Source: an uncultured Chthonomonadaceae bacterium (GTDB lineage Bacteria; Armatimonadota; Chthonomonadetes; Chthonomonadales; Chthonomonadaceae). Taken from it: a stretch of DNA of 64,000 nt. Below the pieces are notes generated by a model, which was not told the origin of the DNA, made no database searches, and saw only the letters and a list, made by a program, of their open reading frames with translations. Of the stretch, positions 43,130 through 54,588 are shown piece by piece. How positions within the stretch are numbered: position 1 is the first letter of the stretch; every line of letters begins with the position of its first letter. The stretch covers positions 64,001 through 128,000 of the forward strand of contig CAWFQB010000009.1 in NCBI GenBank assembly GCA_963817895.1, read 5' to 3'. A program made the translations under genes and the position numbers.

Positions 43130-46100
43130 ATGCCCGATTGGAACGCCCTGCGCCGCCGCGCTTACGAACAGCATTTGCAGTTGCGCGTCTTTCTGCCCCA
43201 AGACGCGCCCCTTCTGCCGCCCGCCGAAAGCCTGCTGGAAGCGGCGGAAACAGCGACGGATGTAAGCCGCGTGGCCGTGCCGCCCGGAGATGGCCTGCTG
43301 GCGGGCGCTCATGCCGTGCTGGATTGCGACATTCCGGGCATCTGGTACGCGAGTGGGCCGTCCGTCAGCCGTTCGCGGCAGTTGTTCGCGCAGGCGCACG
43401 AGTTTGCGCATTTCTGGCTGCATCCCGAAATCGGACACGACCAGTGCTTTGCCGATGATACGCCCGACGCTTTTGCCCCGCCCTCCTTCCGCCTGCCCAA
43501 CTCCCAACTTGCCGAAGGGTACAGCCACAAAGAGCGCCGCGAATCCGAAGCCAATCTCTTCGCGGCGGAACTGCTGCTGCCCGGCCCCATTCTGCGCCAA
43601 CTGTTCCTCGAACACGGCTGGAAAGCCAGCCGCATCGCCGCCCACTCCGGCCTGTCTCTCTCCTGCGTCCTCACGCAACTGGCAAGCGCGTTGCTGTTAG
43701 GGGAAGAAAAGGAGAAGAGGAGACAAGGACAGGGAACAGGGAAAAGCAGCAATTCGACAATCCACAATCCACAATCCACAATCAATTCATCCTTCAATCC
43801 TTCAATCCCTCATCCTCGACTTGACACAGCCAACGCGCCGCCGCGCATGTCGAACACGGGCCGGTTCTGGTGGATGCGGGGCCGGGAACGGGCAAAACGC
43901 GGACATTGATTGCGCGTATTTTGTTTTTGCTGACGGAGCGGAATGTTGCGCCGGAAAACATTCTCGCGCTGACGTTTTCCAACAAAGCGGCGGAAGAGAT
44001 GCACACGCGGCTGCGGCAGGCGGTGGGCGATCTGGCGGACCGGGTCTGGATCGGCACATTCCATGCGTTCGGCACGGGAACTGCTGCGCAAAGAGGGAAC
44101 CCGCATTGGCCTGCCTCCCGCGCCCGAACTGCTGGACACGCCGGACGCCATCAAACTGCTTCAGGACAATCTGGATCGGCTGCATCTGCATCATCTGGAA
44201 TACCTCAGTTTTCCCATTCTGCCCTTTCCCGACATTCTGAATTGCATTTCCCGCGCCAAAGACGAACTGAAAACGCCGCAGGATTATGCCCTTGCCGCGC
44301 AGCAGCAACAGATCGCGGTAGACCCACACGCGAAAAAAGCGGAGTTGGAAAAGCATCTGGAAAACGCCGCTAAATCGCAGGAGGTGGCGCATGTCTATGC
44401 CGTGTATCAGGAGTTGCTGAAGCGGGAGGGCAAACTGGATTTTGGCGACCTGATTATGCGGAGCGTGGAACTGCTGGATACGTGCCCCGACGTTCGGGAG
44501 CGATGGCAGGCGCAGTACCCGCATATTCTGGCGGACGAGTATCAGGACATCAACCGGGCAAGCGCGCAATTGGTGCAGCGATTGGCGGGAGACGGGAAAG
44601 GGATTGTGGGCGGTCGGGGATTTGCGGCAGGCGATCTATCGGTTTCCGGGGCGCGTCGTCCGCGAACGTGCGCAAGTTCCACGAGGATTTTCCGGGCGGG
44701 CAGCGTATTCAGCTGGAACGCAATTATCGTTCCCGGCCTCGCTTGTCGCCATGTTCGGCGCGTATGCGAGTGGCATGGCAGGCACAACCGCAACGTTTTC
44801 CGACTGGCAGCCGCAGCGTGAATCAGCAGCGATCTAACGGAGAAAATCCCGCTGTACTGGTTGCGGTTGCCGACAATGAGGACGCGCAGGCGGCGGGATT
44901 GGCAGATGCATATTCGGCAGGCGGAAGCAGGCGGCGTTCCGCTGCGCGATCAGGTGATTTTGTGCCAGACACATCGGCAGGCGGCGGGATTGGCCGAACT
45001 GCTCGGCGCGAACGGGATAGAAACGCAACACGCAAGCGGGTTGTTCGAGCGCGAAGAAACCAAAGACCTGCTGGCGTGGCTTGCGCTTGCCTGTGAGCCG
45101 GAGGGCAGCACACTGGCGCGAGTGGCGCGTTTTGCCGAGTACGATGTGCCGCAATCCGATGTGTTGACGTTGCTTGCCAGCGGCGCGCGACGCGGCGTAA
45201 GCAGTTTCCCGCCGCGCTGCTAATGGCAAACGAATTAGCGGAAGTGTCGGAACAGGGGCGGCAGGGCTTTGCGCGGATGTGGCGGCATCTGGAACCGTAT
45301 CTGTATCATGGCACGGCGTGGACACTGCTGGCGGGCTATCTATTTGAGGCAAGCGATTACCTGCTTCCCCTCCTGCGCGACGAATCTGTAGCGGGACGGC
45401 AAAAACTGCTTGCCGTTCACGAACTGCTGGTCGTTGCGCTGCGACTGGCAAAACGTTTTGAAGTGGAAGAGAATCAGCAGGCGGCTTTGCTGAAACATCT
45501 GCGCTTTCTGCGGACATGCGGGCAGGAAAAAGCCCTGCGCGTATCAGGGGATGACGCGGAACTGGACGGCGTTCGCCTGATGACCGTTCACCGAAGCAAG
45601 GGACTGGAATTCCCGATTGTGTATCTGCCTAATCTGGTAAAAGGGCAGTTTCCGCCGAAGAAGCAGGGGCGCATGGTGTCGCCGCCCGCCGCGATGGCTG
45701 AACGAGTCGACCGTAGAAGACGGCGAAGAGGAGAACAGCGAAGCGGAGTGCCTGTTCTTTGTCGCCCTGTCCCGCGCTCGCGACATGCTGGTGTTGTCGC
45801 GCCCCCTGACATGGAACGGCAAACCCGCGCAGCCAAGCCCCCTTCTCACGGATTGCGAGGCCGCGCTACGCGCCTGTGACGCGCAAAATATGCGTATGGG
45901 AAACTAGCCCTCAACCCCCAACCCTTCTCCCAAAAAGCGTGGGAGAAGGGGAGTGCGTCAGTGGACGGTGAGACGCTGCCTCAAGTGCAGCTGTTGTTAC
46001 CTTACGCAAGACGCGGAGTCCAATGCGAATGGAGAGCTTAATGCGAACGTGATAAATCACGCGCCTACGAATGAGGTTGCGCATATGTTGCGGAAGCGAC

Positions 46101-46832
46101 TCTGAGGATGTGTCACCTTTGCAAGCGAACCTTTGACGCTTTCCGCTTCGGCGGTGGAGCAGTATCGCAGGTGTCCGCGCCAGTATTATTATCAGCGGGT
46201 GTTGAAGCTGCCGCAGAGCGGGGAGGAGGGGGCGTACCTGACGTTTCACAACAGCCTGCAAGAAACCGTCGGCTGGCTGCAAGCCGAACGCGCCGAGGGT
46301 CGGACGCCAACCGAACAGGACGCGCAGGACAGGCTTCACGACAGTTTGGAACGGAAAACGCGATGCGCCCAACACGGCCCATGCGCGGGTGCTGAAGGAG
46401 AAGGCATTGGGACTGTTGGCAGCCGCGCACGACAGCGTGCCGGGCGTCTCCGAAGCAGGCCGGGGCGTGGAACTGACGGCGCAACTGGAGCATGGCGCGG
46501 TAAAAGTGCGCGTGGATTCGGCGGAACAGGACGCGAACGGCGAATGGCGGCTCACAACCTACAAAGCGCAGCGGGACAAGGACGACCACACGAACCCGCG
46601 TTTGTCGCTCGCCCGCCACGCCGCCCGCCAACAATCCGACCGTCCCGTACAGATCGTCTTAGGATACATGGACAATGGCGAACAGCGCGAAATCGAGGAA
46701 AAGCCGCGCTACGAACCCGACCGTATCGCCAAGTACAATGAAGCGCTGAAGGCCATCCGCGAAGAACGGTTTGAACCCAGTCCCTCGCAGGAGTGCAATT
46801 CCTGCCCCTTCTTCCTAATCTGCCCATTATAA
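43130..46832 (+). CDS. ImmA/IrrE metallopeptidase - UvrD/PcrA SF1 helicase - PD-(D/E)XK nuclease fusion (many frameshifts)
   Basis: AHEFAH + EANLFAAELLLP; AGPGTGKT, TFSNKAA, DEYQD, GDLRQAIYRF, NYRS, MTVHRSKGLEF; SASAVEQYRRCPRQYYY ... ECNSCPFFLICP. Confidence 0.75.
45908..45953. repeat. REP-like CCCTCAACCCCCAACCCTTCTCCC...GGGAGAAGGGGAG element (second copy at about 53265-53311)
   Basis: Near-identical hairpin-forming element present twice in the window. Confidence 0.7.
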
Positions 46833-46841
46833 GCGAAGCGT

Positions 46842-47267
46842 TCAGGAAGCCTCTGCTGTTGGGGAGTTTTGCCGCCACTGTATCAGGGTTTCCCCTGCAA
46901 CGCCTGCGCCAATTCCAACCGCGTAACAAACCATATCGCCCCACGCAAACCCGGAACCCAACACCAGATGCCCAAGAGGAACCGCGCGTATCGCGTCTAT
47001 CCAATCCGCATGGTACAACTGACTGAACTCAATCAACACGCTGAACGTCAGCGCGAACGTTGCCGTCCATAACGTACTTTTGCGCGGAAACAGCAGCCCG
47101 CCCAGCACGAACACCATCAGCGCCCACAACGCATCGCCCGCGCTTTTCCGCAACAGGAGCGGCAAAACGTGGGCATACCGTCGCGACGCCAACCCCAACA
47201 GCATCACGCCTGCCGCGGCCATACTATACGTCATCCGGTTGCGCTGCTGAGTCACAATACCATTCAA
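46842..47267 (-). CDS. DUF2809 membrane protein
   Basis: GDALWA, IEFSQLY, LVLGSGF-x-WGD-x-x-CY. Confidence 0.85.
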   Translation of the reverse strand: MNGIVTQQRNRMTYSMAAAGVMLLGLASRRYAHVLPLLLRKSAGDALWALMVFVLGGLLFPRKSTLWTATFALTFSVLIEFSQLYHADWIDAIRAVPLGHLVLGSGFAWGDMVCYAVGIGAGVAGETLIQWRQNSPTAEAS

Positions 47268-47387
47268 AAATTCACCACCTGCCGCGCTGGTAATAAGATT
47301 GCTGGACTGCGACCACTATCTGACTATCAATTCCGTGCCGGCTGTTCTCACGCATGTTATAATGTCGGCTTTTTTCGCGCGCGACAA

Positions 47388-48029
47388 TTATCGACACATG
47401 CGTTTACGGCGAGAGAGAAAGCCTGCACCCATAAATCCCATGCTGGCAAGCAGCGCCATAGCGCCGGGTTCAGGAGTTAAGGCCGGACTGACAAAGGTAA
47501 GAGCGATGTTATCTACACCAAAATCGTTGTCCGTGCCATTGCGTTCGGCAGCCAGCGAAATCGTGACAGAAGCAGCGGCAGCGACGAAATCAACAGAAAA
47601 GTGGTTAAAGGCGGTATTCGGAACGCCGGGACTTTCAAACACAAACGCGCCGTCTACCGCCGCGCCAAAAGATTGAGTCGCGCCGGTGTTCTGCCCGACG
47701 TACACCGTGCGATAATCGCCGGACAAGTTGTACGTGCTTCCTACAGATAGGCCGGAGACGACCTGCGAGATCGTTGAATCTGTGGCCGCGTTTCCGTTGT
47801 CATTCAGAATGAAAAAATTGTCCGGGTTGCCGCCCGAGGTACGGTGACCACCTGCGCCATCAATGTGAATGGAAGTCCACCCGCCACCTGTTCCATTACT
47901 TGGCACGAAAGTGTTGAAGTCTCCATTTACAATCATCTGAGCGTGGGTGGGCGCGGCAAAGCTGACAGCGGTTGCCGCGCTCAAACCAATGAGCAGCAGG
48001 GGTTTGCCGCGAGAAATATTGTGAATCAT
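47388..48029 (-). CDS. PEP-CTERM sorting domain protein
   Basis: Signal peptide; TPEPGAMALLASMGFMGAGFLSRRKR. Confidence 0.9.
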   Translation of the reverse strand: MIHNISRGKPLLLIGLSAATAVSFAAPTHAQMIVNGDFNTFVPSNGTGGGWTSIHIDGAGGHRTSGGNPDNFFILNDNGNAATDSTISQVVSGLSVGSTYNLSGDYRTVYVGQNTGATQSFGAAVDGAFVFESPGVPNTAFNHFSVDFVAAAASVTISLAAERNGTDNDFGVDNIALTFVSPALTPEPGAMALLASMGFMGAGFLSRRKRMCR

Positions 48030-48152
48030 CAGGAGTTCCTTCGGCGCGTCAGGTCATGATAGAGAAATCCTATCGAGATATTAGCGGAGCAAGCAAAGCG
48101 ATTGCCGCAATGTATTCGGGGCGCGGGTTCGCTTCTACCTTACTGGAGTTAT

Positions 48153-48168
48153 TGCAAGAATCATGCCA
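48153..48168 (-). promoter_or_regulatory. sigma54 (-24/-12) promoter of the PEP-CTERM gene
   Basis: TGGCATG-ATTC-TTGCA, correctly oriented about 125 nt upstream of the ATG. Confidence 0.65.
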
Positions 48169-48376
48169 CAATGCGCTGTTTGGATGAAAAAATAATAATT
48201 TTTTACAAATAAGGACAAGAATGTTTTTTCGAAATAAAATTATGTGATAGTGTCATCCACAAAGCAAAATGAGTTGTTTTGAATGTAGTTGGCACATTCT
48301 TAAAGCGGAGTGGAAGAGGGCCTTCAAATGGATTGTTTCGGATATGAAAGCCCTTTTACGCTATACGCTTTTTCCT

Positions 48377-49543
48377 TTAGTGTTCCGGCGCGGCCCACTG
48401 GCGGCTGGCGGCGGATTTTTCTACCGCGTCGAGTACGGCCTGGTTGCGGTAGCCGTCGCCGAAGTCGGGCGTGAAGGGCGTGTTGTTGCCGATGGCTTCC
48501 ATCAGGTTTTTGATCATGTTGATGAAGGTATGCTCGTAGCCGATGATGTGCGCGACTGGCCAGTAGGCGTCCATGTAGGGGAAAAAGTTCTCGGTGGCCT
48601 GAATGGTGTGGAAGCCCTGCAAGCCCTGCGGATCGTCCACCAGATAGATTTCGATCTCGTTCAGGCGTTCCAGATTGAATAAGATGGAACCCTTTTCGCC
48701 GTTAATTTCCCACCGTTTGTAGTTTTTGCGGCCCGGAGCCAGTCGCGTGGACTCGAATGTGCCGGTCGCGCCGTTTTCAAAGCGGGCAAGGAACGCGGTA
48801 ATGTCGTCAACCGTCACATCGCCCATCTCCTCAGACGATTTGAAGCCGGAAAGCCCGCCCTCGGTATCCGCCAGCAGGGGACGCTTCTTGATGTAGGTTT
48901 CGCTCATGCCGCACACATCCGCGAACTCGGTTCCCATCACCCATCGGGCGGTGTCAATCAGGTGCGCGTTCAGGTCGCCGTGGGAGCCGCTGCCCGCGAT
49001 GTTCTTATCCAGCCGCCAGACCAGCGGAACGGCGGGGTCCAGTATCCAGTCCTGCAAATAGGTGCCTCGGAAATGGCGGATTTTTCCCAGTTTGCCGTCC
49101 GCAATCAATTGGCGGGCAAACGCGATGGCAGGCGCGAAGCGGTAGTTGTGGCAGATGCCGTTGATGAGATGCGTTTCCTGCGCGATTTGATAGGAGGCGC
49201 GGGCGTCATCCAGACTGGTGGCAAGCGGCTTTTCGCACAGAACGTGCTTGCCCGCTTTGAGCGCGGCCTGCGAAATCAGAGCGTGGCTGTCGTTGGGCGT
49301 CCCGATGTCAATCAGGTCAATGTCGTCGCGGGCGATCACGTCTTGCCAATTGGTCGCGGATTCCTGCCAGCCGTAAAGTTCGGCTGCGGCTTTCACTTTA
49401 TGTTCGCTGCGTCCTACCAGCACTTTCATCACGGGTTCGACGGGCAGATCGAAGAACCGGCCCACCTGCCGGTACGCGTTGCTGTGCGCCTTGCCCATGA
49501 ATTGATAGCCGATCAAGGCGACGTTGACCTGTTTTTTTGCCAT
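48377..49543 (-). CDS. Gfo/Idh/MocA family oxidoreductase
   Basis: IGYQFMGKAH, TPNDSH, GKHVLCEKP, GDLNAHLID. Confidence 0.9.
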   Translation of the reverse strand: MAKKQVNVALIGYQFMGKAHSNAYRQVGRFFDLPVEPVMKVLVGRSEHKVKAAAELYGWQESATNWQDVIARDDIDLIDIGTPNDSHALISQAALKAGKHVLCEKPLATSLDDARASYQIAQETHLINGICHNYRFAPAIAFARQLIADGKLGKIRHFRGTYLQDWILDPAVPLVWRLDKNIAGSGSHGDLNAHLIDTARWVMGTEFADVCGMSETYIKKRPLLADTEGGLSGFKSSEEMGDVTVDDITAFLARFENGATGTFESTRLAPGRKNYKRWEINGEKGSILFNLERLNEIEIYLVDDPQGLQGFHTIQATENFFPYMDAYWPVAHIIGYEHTFINMIKNLMEAIGNNTPFTPDFGDGYRNQAVLDAVEKSAASRQWAAPEH

Positions 49544-49779
49544 TGAATTTTCTCCTGTGTTCTGAAATCCACTTGCGAATGTGGTACTGCTGCAAAATAT
49601 GCGGAAAAGGTTGTTTGTTCTTGCTGAAGAGACAACGAATTTGTAGCCGTTGCCGTACATACATTCGACATTTGAGCGGCAAATCCTGCAAAGATTAGTG
49701 GTATAAATAAAGCGAACGGGAATTTGATTGGCAAAGGAAGGGATATGTGTAACGTCAGGAGCATGGGAGAGAGGAGCAG

Positions 49780-50607
49780 CTATTGCCGGGATAACTTGCG
49801 ATACGCAGCCGGGGAGATGCTCCGATGTTGCGCGAAAACCCGCGAAAAGTAGAAGCGGTTGCTGAAGCCGGAACGCGCCGCAATCTGGTCAATGCCCGCG
49901 TCCGTAAAGGCGAGGCATTGCGCGGCAAAGGTCAGGCGACGTTCCAATACGTACTGTGCAGGCGTTTGCCCGACACACTCCCGAAAGCGGCGCAGAAAAT
50001 GATTGGCGCTGAACCCGCAGCAGTTCGCCAGTTGCTCATTGGAAAGATCGCTGGCAAGGTTGTCTTCAATGGCCTGTAACGCGGCGGCAATGGGTTCCAG
50101 CGCGGTCAGCGACTGTTCGGCTAAAAGCGCCTGTTCGGGCGGCATAGCCTCGAACACCAACGCCAAACTCTGGCAGAGCAGGGCTTTTATCCGGTATTGC
50201 AGCGGCAAACCGATAGGTTCTTCCCGGCGCAAAATAACGCCGAGCGCGTCCAGGGCAGATTCCATACCTTCGGCAACAGGAATGGGAACCACGCCGCAAA
50301 ACGAGCGTCGCAGCAGGAGGGGCGGCAATCCAACAGGGACGAAGTGAACATAAAGGTGTTCAACGGGCTGTGTCAGGCGGGCATTGAAGCGAGCGCCGGC
50401 AGGCACAAAGTAGCACCGTCCCGCTTCCAATTCAAGCGTTCGGTCCTCTAACTCCAGATAGGCCCCCGCCCGGTCGTTGCGATAAAATCGCCAGTACGTG
50501 TCCTCCAAACCGTCGTAGCGCCATTTTTCTAACCACATGGCGCGGGCTTCAAACAGGCGCACTTCGCACCGATCCTGTATCCGCGTATTGTCTCGCCTTT
50601 TTTGCAT
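49780..50607 (-). CDS. AraC family transcriptional regulator
   Basis: C-terminal double HTH ending GFSNRFYFSRVF...SPAAYR. Confidence 0.9.
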   Translation of the reverse strand: MQKRRDNTRIQDRCEVRLFEARAMWLEKWRYDGLEDTYWRFYRNDRAGAYLELEDRTLELEAGRCYFVPAGARFNARLTQPVEHLYVHFVPVGLPPLLLRRSFCGVVPIPVAEGMESALDALGVILRREEPIGLPLQYRIKALLCQSLALVFEAMPPEQALLAEQSLTALEPIAAALQAIEDNLASDLSNEQLANCCGFSANHFLRRFRECVGQTPAQYVLERRLTFAAQCLAFTDAGIDQIAARSGFSNRFYFSRVFAQHRSISPAAYRKLSRQ

Positions 50608-50821
50608 GGTCCTATCCTTTTCCTACACTTTTCGTATCCTTTGTCGGGTTGCCTGTCCTGTCTCCTACTCCCTCTCCCCTGCGTTCGCCTCCTTAAATTT
50701 TTCCTGATCGTACAATTCTATACAAATGTGCCGGTTTACTGCATTGAATTTGGACAATTTGCTCTGTATACTGAATTCAGCGATGGCAATGGATTAAAAA
50801 CTCAGGAAAAAGGAGAAGAGC

Positions 50822-52631
50822 ATGAAACGCGGGCTACATTTATCGGGAACGGCGGGGCTGCCCATAGCGGCAGGCGCGTTGTTTATGGCGCTTGTGGCGG
50901 CAGTTCCGCATCCGGCCAGAACTGCGCCTGTTTCCCCAACCCTGTGCGCTGTGGACGCGAACACTGTGGAGCAAACCCTGTTCGTTGCGCCGAATGGCAA
51001 TGACGCCAATTCAGGAGATCAATCGCGATAAGCCGTTGCGAACCATTCAAAAAGCGGTTGATGCGGCGGCAGGCAAAAACACGCGCATAATTCTTGCCGA
51101 TGGCGATTACCGCGAGTACGCTACGGTGGGAGCCGGAACAAATCTGCTCATCGTGCAGGCGCAAAACATCGGCAAAGCCGTAGTTTCCGGTTCAGATGTG
51201 TTCACCGGCTGGAAGAAAGAGGCCGACCGGTATACGCATGAGTGGCCGAACAACTGGGGCGTCGGCCCGACCGGGTTCTTCGGCATAGACTTCAACGTAC
51301 ACGTTCTGGAACGCCGGCGCGAAAACATCTGGATCAATGGCGTTCGGATGCAGCAGGTTCTCAGCCCGTCAGAGTTGGGGCCGGGAAAGTTCCACGTCGT
51401 GGATAACACGGCGAACAATGGCAGGCTGACGCTGGTTCCTCCGGTTGGCGCGGACATGGCGACGGCAAAGATCGAAGTGGCGGTTCGGGGCGCGTTCCCG
51501 GCTGGTGGGCAGTACAACGAGGGCAAATCCCTGTTCGCCGTGAAAGATCACGGCAATCTTCAAATCAAAGGGCTGGTGTTCCAGCACTCGGCAAACTACT
51601 GGAATGCCAGTCCCGCGCTGTCCATTGAGGGTACTTCGCGCGACCCCAAAAACTTTCCAGGCGACATTCTGGTGGAAGACTGCGTGATGACCCAAAACAA
51701 CAGCGTGGGCTTCAGCGCGGGTTTCGTATCGAATCTCATAGCGCGGCGAATCCGGTGCAATGACAACGGCGAACGGGGCGCGGGCAGCAGCGTGTTCCGC
51801 AACTGGCGCTTCGAGGATTGCGAGTTCAGCCGCAACAACTGGCGCTTTGGCGCGATTATGTACGGACACGACGCGGCGGGCTACAAAACATTCGAGGGCG
51901 GCTACTTCGGCGTCCCCTATCTGTCCACCGGGCTGACATTCGCGCGCTGCAAATTCGTGGACAACAACAGCGTGGGCTTCTGGACGGATTATGGCGGACG
52001 CAATTTCACGTTCGACCGTTGCCTGTTCGCGGGCAATCAGCATGGCGCGATTGCGAGTGAAATGACGTATGGGCCGTTGACCGTGAAGAACAGCCTGCTG
52101 AAGAACAATCGCGGGGCCGCAATCATGGCGTACAACGCGCAGAACATCCGCATTGAAAACAGCGTGTTGTACGGCAGTTACAAAGGGCCGATGTGGGGGG
52201 AAGACGCTGCGCTACTGTGCTTCCATTCCGACCTGCGCAACGACGAGGGCGGCAAAGACACGGTGGAAGCGGACGAGCCGGACAAATTTACCGGCTTTCA
52301 AATTTCCGGCTCAACCCTGATCGCCAACCGTCCCGACTGCGAGTTGTTTCTGGAGGGCAAGGAAGCCACGTCGCGCTTCGCCAAACAAACGTTCGTAACA
52401 AACGTGAAATCCGATCATAACCGCTGGTTCCGGCGCAGGGGCGCGAATGACCCCGCGAATGACAAAGCGTTCTTCAGCACAATGCTGTTCAACAACTATC
52501 TGGACAACCACCCGGACATCACGTTCCGCCAGTGGCAAATGCTGACCGGGCAGGATATGGCTTCAATTTACGCCGATGTATCCGACGCGGAACTCGACGC
52601 TTCCCCTGTGCTGACCAAACCCGCGCCCTAA
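50822..52631 (+). CDS. Secreted right-handed parallel beta-helix protein (frameshift near 51015)
   Basis: LFVAPNGNDANSG / KPLRTIQKA, LADGDYRE, repeated beta-helix N/G motifs, GFWTD. Confidence 0.8.
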
Positions 52632-53221
52632 CCTGCGATTGGACGCGCGGCCTCCCGCTTTGCCTGCTCCTGCTCCTGTGGGGATTGGATGCGGCGTATC
52701 AGGCGGGCGGGAACGCCGCCCACAAGAGTATATGGTTCCACATCGCGAGTTACCACTGCGCCCGCCGCGACGACCGCGCCGCGCCCAATCGTCACGCCCT
52801 TCAAGATCGTGACCCGAACGGCCAGCCAGACATCCTCCTCGATACGCACGGGCTTTGCATCCGGCCATTCCGTATGGTTGCCAACGTCGTGAAAGTCCGT
52901 GTCCATAATCAGGGTGTAGTTACCAATCAGGCAGTTCGCGCCAATCGTAACGGATTCCTGCGCGCAAATAGATGTGCCGCCATTGATGAACACGTTGTCG
53001 CCAATAGTCAGTACGCCATTCGGCAAGGATACCAGTTCTACAGGCACATGCGTCCCTTTGAGGCGGACGCGATTGCCTATATACATTTTGCCGTGATTCT
53101 CCACGAGGATACGGCCATAGATTTGCGTGAGTTTGCCAAGCGAGGTACAACCGCGCAACGCATATCTGGCCCGAAGAACCGCCTTGATTTTGTAGTATTT
53201 GTCGCGAATTGTTGCCAGCAT
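52628..53221 (-). CDS. Hexapeptide-repeat O-acyltransferase
   Basis: IGDNVFIN, DTDFH, GVTIGRGAVVAAGAVVT, VGGVPAR. Confidence 0.9.
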   Translation of the reverse strand: MLATIRDKYYKIKAVLRARYALRGCTSLGKLTQIYGRILVENHGKMYIGNRVRLKGTHVPVELVSLPNGVLTIGDNVFINGGTSICAQESVTIGANCLIGNYTLIMDTDFHDVGNHTEWPDAKPVRIEEDVWLAVRVTILKGVTIGRGAVVAAGAVVTRDVEPYTLVGGVPARLIRRIQSPQEQEQAKREAARPIAG

Positions 53222-53430
53222 ATCTTGTTACGTAATTCTAATTTCCTTCGCCTGCTGAAAATAGCCCTCAACCCCCAACCCCTTCTCCCAAAAGAGCCTG
53301 GGAGAAGGGGAGTCGCTCGTGTTCATGCTCTCAGGCGAACGGAACTCATGAGGACTAACCTGCATTTTAACCGTACCCATACCTGACCTGCCGGAATGTC
53401 ATTCGCGTTTATTCGCGTTCATTCGCGGCT

Positions 53431-54531
53431 CTACTGACTCAACGCCGTGATGACAGCCTCGCCCATTGCCTTCGTTCCCAATATCGGCGTTCCGGGCGCG
53501 GCAATGTCGGCGGTGCGGTGTCCCGCGTTGAGCGTATTCGCCACTGCGGTTTCTATTTGCGCGGCGGCGGCTTCCTGTCCGAGCGAATGGCGCAACAGCA
53601 GGGCTGTGGAAAGAATCGTCGCAAGCGGATTGGCGATATTTTGTCCCGCAATCGTGGGCGCGGAACCGTGTATCGGCTCATACAGGCCGAACGTGCCGGC
53701 CCCGTCCGCTGTAGGCGTCGCGCCCAGACTGGCGGAGGGCAGCATCCCCAAACTGCCCGTCAGCATAGCCGCTTCATCGCTCAGAATATCGCCGAACATG
53801 TTTTCGGTGACGATCACATCGAACTGGCGCGGGTCGCGCACAAGCTGCATGGCGCAGGTATCCACGAGCATGTGCGACAGTTCCACATCCGCATACTCCC
53901 CGCCGATCTCGGTACAAACTTCCCGCCACAATCGCGACGTTTCCAGCACGTTCGCCTTGTCTACGGAACACAGCCGCTTGCCCCGCTTTCGCGCCGCCTC
54001 GAAGCCGATGCGGACAATGCGCTCAATTTCGGGGCGCGTGTATACGCAGGTATCAATGGCTCTGTTGCCGCCGTCCTCGCGTCCCTTCGGCTGCCCGAAA
54101 TAGATGCCGCCCGTCAGTTCCCGCACAACCAGAATATCCAGTCCGCCGCTGACCAGATCGGGGCGCAGGGACGACACGCCTGCCAGCGCGGGAAACAGGG
54201 TCGCGGGGCGCAGGTTGGCGAACAAACCCAATTCTTTCCGCAAGGGCAGCAGCGCGCCCACTTCCGGGCGCAATGTGGGCGGCTGTATGGCGTCGTACTT
54301 CGGTCCGCCCACCGCGCCCAGCAGCACGGCGTCGCTTTGACGGCACAATTCCAGCGTTTCGGGCGGCAGGGGGTGTCCCGTCGCGTCATACGCCGCGCCG
54401 CCGACAAGCGCTTCCGTAAATGCCAGCGTAAACCCATGCTGCCCGGAAACTGCCTGCAACACCTTCACCGCTTCAGTGACAATCTCCGGCCCGATACCAT
54501 CTCCGGCCAATACCGCAATTCGATACGTCAT
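53431..54531 (-). CDS. leuB: 3-isopropylmalate dehydrogenase
   Basis: [50 protein letters not shown]. Confidence 0.97.
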   Translation of the reverse strand: MTYRIAVLAGDGIGPEIVTEAVKVLQAVSGQHGFTLAFTEALVGGAAYDATGHPLPPETLELCRQSDAVLLGAVGGPKYDAIQPPTLRPEVGALLPLRKELGLFANLRPATLFPALAGVSSLRPDLVSGGLDILVVRELTGGIYFGQPKGREDGGNRAIDTCVYTRPEIERIVRIGFEAARKRGKRLCSVDKANVLETSRLWREVCTEIGGEYADVELSHMLVDTCAMQLVRDPRQFDVIVTENMFGDILSDEAAMLTGSLGMLPSASLGATPTADGAGTFGLYEPIHGSAPTIAGQNIANPLATILSTALLLRHSLGQEAAAAQIETAVANTLNAGHRTADIAAPGTPILGTKAMGEAVITALSQ

Positions 54532-54588
54532 GTTGTTGTCTCTTCTCAGTTTTCATTATCGGCATTTCGCCGTATATCACAAGTATCG

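Noticed and set aside
46133..46832. Stand-alone cas4 gene
   Set aside because: No CRISPR context; it fits better as the C-terminal nuclease of the UvrD fusion
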